A DNA stretch of 64,000 nucleotides from NCBI GenBank assembly GCA_947365805.1, contig CANAZY010000002.1, forward strand, positions 597-64,596. Direction: 5' to 3'. Positions 54,917-64,000 of this stretch are shown piece after piece. Each line of letters starts with the position of its first letter. The stretch's first letter is position 1. Source of the DNA: an uncultured Clostridium sp. (lineage in GTDB: Bacteria; Bacillota; Clostridia; TANB77; CAG-508). The notes beneath the pieces are model-generated. The model was given only the letters and a program-made list of their open reading frames with translations, ran no database searches and was not told the DNA's origin. A program made the translations under genes and the position numbers.

Positions 54917-55641
54917 ATGGCAAATAAACATAGGAAAAAGAAAAAGTTTTCTATAAAATGGATTATCTTTTTATTAATTTTTTTATTATGTGGCTTTTTT
55001 TGGTTAAATCGATATTTTTTAAAATATACCTTAGTTGCAACTTCTAGTAATATTTATTATTCTGGAATTGGGCAAAAAAATATTTCTGGCGAGGACGGTT
55101 ATTTTACTACTTTTACAACTACAAATGGAAAAACCTATAAAGAATATAAACAAAACGGTAATAGTTCTTGGTCAGAACGTTATTATTGGGGTGGAACAAT
55201 GGCACAAAACGGTTGCGGTATTACTTGTATTGCTACTCTTGCAAGCCGGATATGGTATGAATTATACGCCAGAGGATTTACGAAAAAAATATGCACCAAC
55301 AAAAAAAGACCATTTGGCTGGTGATTCTATTTCTTCGGAATTACAAAATTATTTTTCGATTGATAATTCCGATTTTCGATATGCTAATATTTATTTTGAA
55401 AAAGATTACATTTTTAATTGGCTAAAAGAAGATAAACCTATTTTAATTTGTGTTTGGGATAAACCAAATAGTAAATGGACGACCTCTTCTCACTATATGT
55501 TACTTCTTGCAACCGATAATATCTCTAAAGTTTATGTTTCAAACCCAAATGGTGATGTAGGAAGCCCTAGAATGTCTCGGATGGTATGAATATACAGACG
55601 TATTACCTTATATTGCAAAAGCTCTTTTTATTGAAAATTAA
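54917..55641 (+). CDS. Membrane-anchored C39-like cysteine peptidase; two +1 CGG recoding sites (55247-55249, 55578-55580)
   Basis: YKQ...NGCGITCIATLAS-G-YGMNYTP...HYMLL...VSNP...RMS-G-WYEYTDVLPYIAKALFIEN*. Confidence 0.75.
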
Positions 55642-55651
55642 TTATAAAAAA

Positions 55652-55683
55652 TGTAGGGTGCGACGAAGGCGTCGACCCCTACA
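55652..55683. repeat. GTAG-type REP-like palindrome
   Basis: TGTAGGGTGCGACGAAGGCGTCGACCCCTACA. Confidence 0.7.
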
Positions 55684-55685
55684 TT

Positions 55686-57689
55686 TTATTTTGCAATTGT
55701 TTTCTTTTTGTTAATCATTTCTTGAATGATTTCTACTGTTTTTTCGATTCCAAATTTATCAACATTGATACTAAAATCATAATGCTCTAAATCTTTCCAT
55801 TCCATACCAGTATAATGATTATAATGTTTTTGTCTTGCTTTGTTAATTTTATGAATCTCTTTTAACGCTGTTTTTTCATCTAATCCATAATATGTTACAG
55901 CTCTTTTTACTTTTCCTTCATCATCACTATAAACAAAAATTTTAAATACATTTTCTTCATCTTTTAGTACATAATCTGCACATCTACCAACAATCACACA
56001 AGATTCTTTACTTGCAATTTCTTTAATTGCATTACTTTCTGCAATAAATAAGGTATCATCATTTGTTAAATTATTGTAGTATTGTGAATTAAAGTTTGCA
56101 AGTAATGTTTCTGTCCTATTTTGTTCTTTTTCTTCAATATATGATGCTGATAATCCACTTTCATTAGATACCATTGTAATTAAGTTTTTATCATATAGCT
56201 TGATTCCTAGTTTCTCAGCTAATAATTTTCCAATATATCTACCACCAGATCCATATTCTCTATTAATGGTAATTACAAGATGTTCTTTTTCTTCTATTGA
56301 TTCTTGTATTTTTTGAATTGTTTTTGGTTCTTCCGTTGTTTTTTTACTTAATTTCTTGGTTTCCAACACTAAGAGTATTATTGATATTACAAATGCAAGT
56401 CCATCTGCTACTGGTCCTGCATATAAAACTCCCATTACCCCATAATATTTTGATAATATTACAGCTGCTGGTATAAAGAATAAGATTTGTCTAGATAATG
56501 TAATAAATGCAGACTTTGTTGGTTTTCCTACTGCTTGAAAGAAAATACCAGATGCAATTTGAATTCCATTACATATGGTCAACATTAAGAAAATTCTAAA
56601 TGCTAAACAAGCAAATTCATTATACAATACGTCTCCTGAACCAAAAATTCCAATTAATACTTCTGGTATTGTTTGAAACAAAACAAAGGATACCGCCGAT
56701 ACACATAAACTTAATGCCATTACTGTTTTTAGTGTTTTCTTTACTCTATCATATTGTTTTGCTCCATAATTATATCCAACAATTGGTTGACTTCCCGCAG
56801 CAATTCCTATAATAATACTTGTTAAAATCATATTAATTTTCATAACGATTCCATGTACCGTAATTGGAATTTCTGTTCCAAATTTACTAGTTGCCCCATA
56901 TTTATTATATAATGTGTTTTCTACTGTAATCACAATCATAACAGCCATTTGTGTAATGAAAGAAGAAATACCAAGCATTGATACATTTTTCATGATTTTT
57001 AAAGATGGTTTGAAGCTTTCTTTTGTAATCTTAATTGATTTAAACCTCTTTAAATACATCATATTAATGAAGAAACTTACCATTTGGCTAACAACAGTTG
57101 CTATTGCTGCCCCTTTAATTCCCATATCCAATACAAAAATTGAAATTGGATCTAGTATGATGTTTAAAACAGCTCCTATAATCATAGATATCATAGCATA
57201 TTTAGGTGCTCCGTCTGCTCTTATAATCGAATTTAAGGTAGTTCCTATCATCATAAATGGAATACCAATAGCAATAATGTATCCATAATCCATCGCATAG
57301 CTTCTTAAATTATCTGTTCCACCAAAGAAAGTAATTAATTGTGGTAAAAATGCAAAAATCAATACTCCTAATATAATTGAAATTATAATCGATATAATAA
57401 TTCCATTAGCAACCCCAGCTTGTGCCTCTTCTTTCTTTTTCTCTCCTAATTTTAAACTTAAGTATGCTGATGTTCCATCGCCAAACATTAATGAAAATGC
57501 TAAGCATAAAACTGCAATTGGGAAAATAACATTCGTTGCACCATTTCCTAAATATCCTACTCCCCATCCAATAAATATCTGGTCTACCATGTTATATAAT
57601 GCATTTACTACTAAAGAAATAATACATGGTATTGCAAACGCTTTTAGTAATTTTCCTATTTTTTCTTTTCCTAAATCTAATGGTTTCAT
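55686..57689 (-). CDS. MATE (MepA-like) efflux transporter fused to a cytidylate-kinase-like domain
   Basis: YNMVDQIFIG, QPIVGYNYGA; C-terminal ITINREYGSGG...VIVGRCADYVL. Confidence 0.88.
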   Translation of the reverse strand: MKPLDLGKEKIGKLLKAFAIPCIISLVVNALYNMVDQIFIGWGVGYLGNGATNVIFPIAVLCLAFSLMFGDGTSAYLSLKLGEKKKEEAQAGVANGIIISIIISIILGVLIFAFLPQLITFFGGTDNLRSYAMDYGYIIAIGIPFMMIGTTLNSIIRADGAPKYAMISMIIGAVLNIILDPISIFVLDMGIKGAAIATVVSQMVSFFINMMYLKRFKSIKITKESFKPSLKIMKNVSMLGISSFITQMAVMIVITVENTLYNKYGATSKFGTEIPITVHGIVMKINMILTSIIIGIAAGSQPIVGYNYGAKQYDRVKKTLKTVMALSLCVSAVSFVLFQTIPEVLIGIFGSGDVLYNEFACLAFRIFLMLTICNGIQIASGIFFQAVGKPTKSAFITLSRQILFFIPAAVILSKYYGVMGVLYAGPVADGLAFVISIILLVLETKKLSKKTTEEPKTIQKIQESIEEKEHLVITINREYGSGGRYIGKLLAEKLGIKLYDKNLITMVSNESGLSASYIEEKEQNRTETLLANFNSQYYNNLTNDDTLFIAESNAIKEIASKESCVIVGRCADYVLKDEENVFKIFVYSDDEGKVKRAVTYYGLDEKTALKEIHKINKARQKHYNHYTGMEWKDLEHYDFSINVDKFGIEKTVEIIQEMINKKKTIAK

Positions 57690-58026
57690 GTTTTCCTCCT
57701 TTTTTATTTTAGTACAAATAAGGCACATAAAAACAACACATGAAATGTGTTGTTCGTTAGTCATTATAGCTTACTATAATGTTCGTTTCCATTCATACTT
57801 TTGCGTTTTCTTGAATTGGTATTATAATACATTTTAAAATTCATGTCAAGATTTTCTTTCTACATTTTTCCACTTTTTTCTATTTGTTCTTTTGTTTGTT
57901 TTCATTTTTCGTCTGTTTTTTATCAAATCAAGTCTTTCTTTTTTATTAATACTTGTCCTAATTCCTCTTGACTTTTTCCATATATTGGATTACACTATGT
58001 TTACAATTATTAATAGGAGGTTATAT

Positions 58027-58560
58027 ATGGAATTAAAAGGATCTAAAACAGAAGCAAATTTAAAAGCTGCTTTTTCTGGTGAATCAGAAGCCAGAAATAA
58101 ATACACTTATTTTGCAAGTGTAGCAAAGAAGGAAGGATATGAACAAATTGCCGCTCTTTTCTTAGAAACAGCTGAAAATGAAAAAGAACATGCAAAAATT
58201 CATTTTAAATATTTAAATGGAATTGGTGATACAATGGCAAACCTTGCAGATGCTGCTGCTGGTGAAAATTATGAATGGACCGATATGTATGCCCGTTTTG
58301 CTGAAGAAGCAGAAGAAGAAGGTTTTAAAGAAATTGCAAATCGTTTCCGTCAAATTGGTGAAGTTGAAAAACACCATGAAGAAAGATATCGTAAATTATT
58401 AGAAAATGTACAAGATGGTACTGTCTTTAAAAAAGGAAGTATTGTCATTTGGAAATGCCGTAACTGCGGACATATTCATGTTGGATTAGAAGCCCCAGAA
58501 GTTTGTCCTGTATGTGCACATCCAAAATCATTCTTTGAAATTCAAGCAGAAAATTATTAA
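58027..58560 (+). CDS. rbr: Rubrerythrin
   Basis: [31 protein letters not shown]; AGGAGG RBS. Confidence 0.93.
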   Translation: MELKGSKTEANLKAAFSGESEARNKYTYFASVAKKEGYEQIAALFLETAENEKEHAKIHFKYLNGIGDTMANLADAAAGENYEWTDMYARFAEEAEEEGFKEIANRFRQIGEVEKHHEERYRKLLENVQDGTVFKKGSIVIWKCRNCGHIHVGLEAPEVCPVCAHPKSFFEIQAENY

Positions 58561-58565
58561 TATAA

Positions 58566-58587
58566 GGGTCGACATCTTCGTCGACCC
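58566..58587. repeat. REP-like palindrome acting as terminator
   Basis: GGGTCGAC-ATCTTC-GTCGACCC between convergent genes. Confidence 0.6.
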
Positions 58588-58598
58588 ATTTTTATTCT

Positions 58599-59906
58599 TT
58601 ATACAATTTCTCCCATTAAATCATAATCTTGTACATCTGTTATTTTGCAAAAAACAAATTCTCCTATTTTCTCTTTTGTCTTATCACTATTTTTTATAAA
58701 CACAACCCCATCCATATCTGGTACATCCATGTAACTTCTTCCAATATAATAATTTCCATCAAAAGAAACAGCCTCTATTAATACAGGATACGTATTTCCT
58801 ATCTTTTCTTGTAAATTATTTTTAGAAATTTCTTGTTGTAATTTCATAATCTTATTGTATCTACTCTTTTTGGTTTGTGGATGTAATTGTTCTTTTAAAC
58901 GATACGCTGGCGTTCCTTCTTCTTTTGAATAAGCAAACGCCCCTAACTTGTCAAAGTTTACTTCTTTTATAAAATCATATAGTTCTTGGAAATCCTCTTT
59001 CGTTTCTCCTGGAAATCCTACCATAACCGTACTTCTAATAATAACGTCTGGAATTTCGTTTCGAATTTTGGCAATTACATTTCGAATACTTTGTCCATCA
59101 CTATGCCTGTTCATTCTTTTTAAAACTGGATTTGCAATATGTTGAATTGGAATATCAAAATAATGGCAAACTTTATTGCTATTTTTTACTACTTCAATTA
59201 ATTCATCTGTAATCGTTTCTGGATAAGAATATAAAAAACGAATCCATTTAATGTTTTCAATACTTTCTAATTCTTTTAATAAGCTTGCAAGTCTTGGTTT
59301 TCCATATAAATCGATTCCATATTTTGTCGTATCTTGTGCAATCACAATTAGTTCTTGGAATCCTTTATCTGCTAATTCTTTTGCTTCTTTTATAATATCT
59401 TCTTGCTTTCTACTAATAAATGGTCCTCGAATCATAGGAATCGCACAATACGTACAATGGTTACTACAGCCCTCTGCAATTTTTAAATAAGCTGTTTTAT
59501 CTCCTGTTGTAATCCTACGATTGCAGTAATCTAAATTATCTTCTTTTTCTTCTATTTGTGGTAATGCTTTTGCAACTTCCTGCCAAAACTCGTCATAATC
59601 ATTACAGCCAATCCATAAATCTACTTCTGGAATTGCTTTTTCTAATTCCTCTTTATATCGTTTTACTAAACATCCTGTTGCAATCACATATTTACATTTT
59701 TTCTTTTTATATTCACACATTTCTAAAATCGTATTAATTGCCTCTTCTTTGGCACTTTCAATAAAACCACAAGTATTAATTAAAATGATATCTGCTACTT
59801 TGGGATTATTAACTGTTTCAAAACCATGTTTCTCAAATAAGCCTATCATCATTTCTGTATCCACTAAATTTTTGCTACACCCAAGTGATATGTATCCTAT
59901 TTTCAT
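58599..59906 (-). CDS. rimO: Ribosomal protein S12 methylthiotransferase RimO
   Basis: SLGCSKNLVDTE, NTCGFIESAKEE, EGCSNHCTYCAIP, TRAM domain. Confidence 0.93.
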   Translation of the reverse strand: MKIGYISLGCSKNLVDTEMMIGLFEKHGFETVNNPKVADIILINTCGFIESAKEEAINTILEMCEYKKKKCKYVIATGCLVKRYKEELEKAIPEVDLWIGCNDYDEFWQEVAKALPQIEEKEDNLDYCNRRITTGDKTAYLKIAEGCSNHCTYCAIPMIRGPFISRKQEDIIKEAKELADKGFQELIVIAQDTTKYGIDLYGKPRLASLLKELESIENIKWIRFLYSYPETITDELIEVVKNSNKVCHYFDIPIQHIANPVLKRMNRHSDGQSIRNVIAKIRNEIPDVIIRSTVMVGFPGETKEDFQELYDFIKEVNFDKLGAFAYSKEEGTPAYRLKEQLHPQTKKSRYNKIMKLQQEISKNNLQEKIGNTYPVLIEAVSFDGNYYIGRSYMDVPDMDGVVFIKNSDKTKEKIGEFVFCKITDVQDYDLMGEIV

Positions 59907-59996
59907 ATATTTCCTCTTTCTTTTTAAAATTGTTTCTATTTTATCACATTTTTCCCTCTTTTTCTAGACTATTTTATAATATTTAGTATATAATAT

Positions 59997-60023
59997 GTAG
60001 GGGTCGATGCCCTCATCGACCCG
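59997..60023 (+). repeat. GTAG-type REP-like palindrome
   Basis: GTAGGGGTCGATGCCCTCATCGACCCG in the deoD 5' region. Confidence 0.75.
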
Positions 60024-60046
60024 TTAAAATGAATTAGGAGGTAATT

Positions 60047-60767
60047 ATGACACCACATATTGAAGCAAAAAAAGGAGAAATTGCAAAAACGGTTTTAATG
60101 CCAGGAGACCCTCTTCGTGCAAAACTGATTGCAGAAACTTATTTAGAAAATGTAAAATTAGTAAGTTCTGTTCGTAATATTTATGCTTATACTGGAACCT
60201 ATAAAGGAAAAGAATTAACTGTTATGGCATCACGGTATGGGAATTCCGAGTATGGGAATTTATTCCTATGAATTATTTAAATTCTATGATGTCCAAAACA
60301 TTATAAGGCTTGGCTCTTGTGGAGGCTACACTAGCGACCTAAAAATGTTTGATTTAGTTTTAGTAAATAACACTTATACGGAAAGTAACTATGCTCTTAG
60401 CCTAAATAATGAGAATTGTCATTATATTTCTTCTAGTGATATGTTAAATTCAAAAATTGAACAAGCTTCAAACACGCTATCCATTCCTATTGTAAAAGCA
60501 AATACACTATGTGGAGAAGTATTTGACCGATATATGACCAATATGAATGAAATGCTAAGTAGAGTTCCTAAGGAGTATCACATTACAGGAGCTGAAATGG
60601 AGGCTTTCGCACTATTTTATAATGCCAAATTATTAAATAGACATGCAAGTTGCTTACTTACCGTTGTGGATTCTTATTACTATAACGAAAAAGCATCCGC
60701 TGAGCAAAGACAAAACTCTCTAAATCAAATGATACGTTTAGGACTTGAAAGTGCCATTTTAATTTAG
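60047..60767 (+). CDS. deoD: Purine nucleoside phosphorylase DeoD; +1 CGG recoding site at 60233-60235
   Basis: [40 protein letters not shown]. Confidence 0.93.
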
Positions 60768-60850
60768 CCATTAAAAAATGATAAAAACCTTGATTTTTTA
60801 TCATTTTTTTTGTATGATATAAGTTAGATTTTAAAAAAGGAGAATGAATT

Positions 60851-61774
60851 ATGGAAGAAATGACACTTATTTTTGGACATAAGAACCCAGATACAGATTC
60901 GATTTGTTCAAGTTTAGTACACGAAATTTTAGATAAAAAAAATGGATGGAAAAATACAAAAGCAGTTAGATTAGGAAATGTAAATAAAGAAACACAATTC
61001 GTTTTAGATTATTTAGGAATTGAAGCTCCTGAATTAATAGAAGATGTAAAAGAAGGACAAACTGTATTACTAGTTGACCACAATGAATTTGCTCAAAGTG
61101 CAAATGGAATTGAAAAAGCTAAAATATTAGGAGTTACTGATCATCATAGAATCGCAAATTTTGAAACATCAGAGCCTTTATATTATACCGCAAAACCATA
61201 TGGTTGTACTGCAACAATATTATTTGAAGATTTTAAAAGACTTGGTCATGAAATTGAAAGAAAAGAAGCTGTATTAATGCTTTCTGCTATCATATCAGAT
61301 ACGTTACTATTTAAATCACCAACTTGTACAAAATATGATATAGCAGCATGTGAAGAATTAGCTAAAATCGCAAACATCGATATTAATACTTATGGATTAG
61401 ATATGTTAAAAGCAGGAACAGACTTAAGTGATTTTACGCCAGAAGAATTAATTAATATTGATTCAAAAGAATTTGCAAATGGAGATTACAAATTTCAAGT
61501 AGCACAAGTAAATACTGCTTGTATCGAAGATGTATTACAAAATAAAGAAGCAATTGAAACTGCTATGAACAATTTTATGAAAGAAAATGGTTCTAATATG
61601 TTTGTTCTTCTAATCACAGATATTCTAAATAGTAACTCACAAGCAATTGTATTAGGAGATACTTTAACTTTTGAAAAAGCATTTTCAAAAACAGTAGAGA
61701 ACAATATGGCATTTTTAGAAGGAGTCGTTTCTAGAAAGAAACAAGTAGCACCAATTATTTTAAATGTATTATAA
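60851..61774 (+). CDS. ppaC: Manganese-dependent inorganic pyrophosphatase
   Basis: GHKNPDTDS, LVDHNE, DHH, SRKKQV. Confidence 0.95.
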   Translation: MEEMTLIFGHKNPDTDSICSSLVHEILDKKNGWKNTKAVRLGNVNKETQFVLDYLGIEAPELIEDVKEGQTVLLVDHNEFAQSANGIEKAKILGVTDHHRIANFETSEPLYYTAKPYGCTATILFEDFKRLGHEIERKEAVLMLSAIISDTLLFKSPTCTKYDIAACEELAKIANIDINTYGLDMLKAGTDLSDFTPEELINIDSKEFANGDYKFQVAQVNTACIEDVLQNKEAIETAMNNFMKENGSNMFVLLITDILNSNSQAIVLGDTLTFEKAFSKTVENNMAFLEGVVSRKKQVAPIILNVL

Positions 61775-61780
61775 AAATAA

Positions 61781-61819
61781 AATTAAAAGCCTAGTATAAA
61801 ACATACTAGGCTTTTAATT
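61781..61819. terminator. Bidirectional terminator
   Basis: AATTAAAAGCCTAGTAT...ATACTAGGCTTTTAATT. Confidence 0.8.
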
Positions 61820-61822
61820 GTT

Positions 61823-62707
61823 CTATTTCATATCTTCTAATATTTTTTCTAATTCTTCCTTATGGAACGTATATTTCTTATTACAAAAATGACATACCGT
61901 TTCAATGTTTACTTGTGTATGAATGATATCTTCTAATTCTTCTTTTCCTAAAGAAATTAATCCCCTTTCAATTTTTTCTTTACTGCAATCACATTCATAA
62001 AGTGGCATAATGCTTTCTTCAATAATTTGAACATTTTCATCTCCTGTTAAGTCTTTTGCAATGTCTAATAAACTCATATTTTCATCTAACATTTGGCTTA
62101 GTGGTTTTGCTTCTCGAATTCTATTTTCTAATATAAACAAATCATCTTCCGTCGCATCTGGCATTGGAGTTACGATGTATCCTCCACTTTTTCTTACACC
62201 ATTTGTATCTACTAGTACTCCTAGATTAACAGCCGTGTTCGTTTGTTCTGAATTTGCAAAATAGGATGCAAAATCTTCTGCAATTTCCCCAGAAACAAGT
62301 GGTACCATTCCAATATAAGGGTCTTTTAATCCAATATCTTTTACAATATTTAAATACCCTTCTTGTCCAACAGCTCCTCCAACGTCTAGTTTCCCATTTT
62401 TTAATGGTAAATCAACTACTGGATTTTGTACATATCCTTTTAATTTAGGGAAATAATCTGAAACAACCACCATTCCACCAATTGGTCCATTTCCTTTTAT
62501 TTGAACAGTTAATTTATCCTTTTCATTTTTCATATTAACAGCCATTAAAGCTGTAGCGGTTAATGCTCTTCCAAATGCTGCTGTTGCTACTGGACTTAAA
62601 TCATGTATATTTCTTGCTTTTTCTACTAAAGAAGTGGTATTGGCACACACAATACTTACCCTTCCATCATATGCTAACATTTTTATCATTCTATCGTTAT
62701 TTTCCAT
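61823..62707 (-). CDS. hslO: Hsp33 redox-regulated chaperone
   Basis: GNGPIG, SGEIAED, SEQ, CDCS...CHFC. Confidence 0.95.
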   Translation of the reverse strand: MENNDRMIKMLAYDGRVSIVCANTTSLVEKARNIHDLSPVATAAFGRALTATALMAVNMKNEKDKLTVQIKGNGPIGGMVVVSDYFPKLKGYVQNPVVDLPLKNGKLDVGGAVGQEGYLNIVKDIGLKDPYIGMVPLVSGEIAEDFASYFANSEQTNTAVNLGVLVDTNGVRKSGGYIVTPMPDATEDDLFILENRIREAKPLSQMLDENMSLLDIAKDLTGDENVQIIEESIMPLYECDCSKEKIERGLISLGKEELEDIIHTQVNIETVCHFCNKKYTFHKEELEKILEDMK

Positions 62708-62799
62708 TTTCCTCTTCCTCTCTTTTAACAGATGAATTATATCATATATTTGAGCAAAAAGAAAGATTGGAAATCACATTTTCCAATCTTATCTTATTT

Positions 62800-64000
62800 T
62801 TATTCTTCTTCGAACATATCTTTTCCTACTCCACATAATGGGCATACCCAAGTATCTGGTAAATCTTCGAATGCTGTTCCTGGTGCAATTCCATTATCTG
62901 GATCTCCTATTTCTGGATTATATTCATATCCACAAGCAAGACATTTGTACATTTCTTTCCCCCCTCTTAATTTAAATATATTTTTATAGCCAAGTGCGAC
63001 TACTGCTACTACAATTAGCGCAAAAGATAATGCTTTCCATATTCCACTTTCTAATAGTACAATAGCAAACATCCCTAGTGTTGCACTAATTCCATATAAA
63101 ATTAAAACTGCTTCCTTTTGAGTAAATCCATTTTTAAGCATTTTATGATGTAAGTGTCCTTTATCTGGCATAACAACTGCTTTTAATGATTTTCCTTTAA
63201 TTAATCTTCTAATAATAGTAAACAGTGTATCAAATACAGGAAGTGCAAGTACAATTAATGGTGCTACAATTACAATTAATGTATAGGTTTTTGCTACCCC
63301 CAATATAGATATAACAGCTAATGAAAATCCTAAAAAGTTAGAACCTGTATCTCCAATAAAAGTTTTTGCAGGATTAAAATTAAATGGTAAAAATCCTGTT
63401 AACGCTCCTGCAAGAGCTGTTATCATAAGAATCGCAATAATCGGTGAATAATTTAAAGAAAATATAATTAAAAGTGATAAACAAGATATTAATGAAATTC
63501 CAGAGGAAAGTCCATCTAATCCATCAATTAAATTAATCGCATTGGTAATTCCTACAATCCACCCTACTGTTAGTATAACCGAAAAAACTTGATTTAATTC
63601 TGTTAATCCTTCTTTATTAAAAAATGGTATATCAATATGTTCTATCATAATTCCACTTTTCATAACAATTACTGCTGCTATTATTTGTGCTATTAGTTTC
63701 ACTAATGCTGGTAATCCTTTCACATCATCAATAAAGCAAGTAATTATAATGATAAGAGCTCCTAGTAAAAAACCAGCTAATTTTATATTATATTGTTCTA
63801 CTCCGTAAGTTTAGGCTTCCTTCAATTCCTAAAATAGCAACTAGGTAAATAGTTGATACCAAAAATCCTGCAATAACAGCAAGCCCTCCTAATCTTGGCA
63901 TTGGTTTTTTATTAATTCTTCTTTCATCTTTTGGTAAATCAATCGCACCTACTTTTTTTGCAAGTTTTATTGTATATGGTGTTACAACAAATGCTGTAAT
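62800..64000 (-). CDS. TagO/WecA-family (glycosyltransferase family 4) GlcNAc-1-P transferase, in frame with a C-terminal rubredoxin; partial at window end; +1 CGG recoding site at 63803-63805
   Basis: [10 protein letters not shown]...SLNL-G-VEQ...[34 protein letters not shown]; tail MYKCLACGY...WVCPLCG. Confidence 0.88.

Noticed and set aside
50674-57689. DgkA-PAP2 and MATE-cytidylate-kinase-like fusions as novelties
   Set aside because: Both architectures are common in gut Firmicutes
57892-58026. N-terminal extensions given by the ORF track for rubrerythrin (also metK, MATE, spoVG, rpmJ, DUF3048)
   Set aside because: Downstream starts have clear SD sequences and match family N-termini
54917-60767. 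AGG as a second shifty codon
   Set aside because: In-frame AGG occurs in the C39 peptidase (codon 6) and in deoD (IIRLG) with the reading frame intact

Overview
Low-GC, spore-forming Clostridia chromosome segment. It holds the S10-spc-alpha ribosomal protein cluster (no rpmD; a phage-type DUF1064 gene is inserted between secY and adk), metK with a SAM-I riboswitch, a 12-kb Tad/Flp-like pilus locus, two pilin-like surface proteins, a DUF3800 gene with a convergent small RNA, sporulation genes (spoVG, spoIVB, yqfC/yqfD, SASP) and housekeeping genes. The main observation is an apparent non-triplet decoding rule. Ten genes appear frameshifted, at 13 sites in total. At every site the break is an in-frame CGG codon, and skipping its C yields a GGN glycine codon that restores the protein, including conserved glycines such as Walker A GxxGxGKT in RarA, ASGR in a Cof hydrolase and SGMGIPS in DeoD. 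In a manual scan I found no in-frame CGG in any intact conserved gene. This points to systematic +1 recoding of CGGN as Gly (frameshifting, quadruplet decoding or C-deletion editing) rather than pseudogenisation. A sequencing artefact needs to be excluded with reads.
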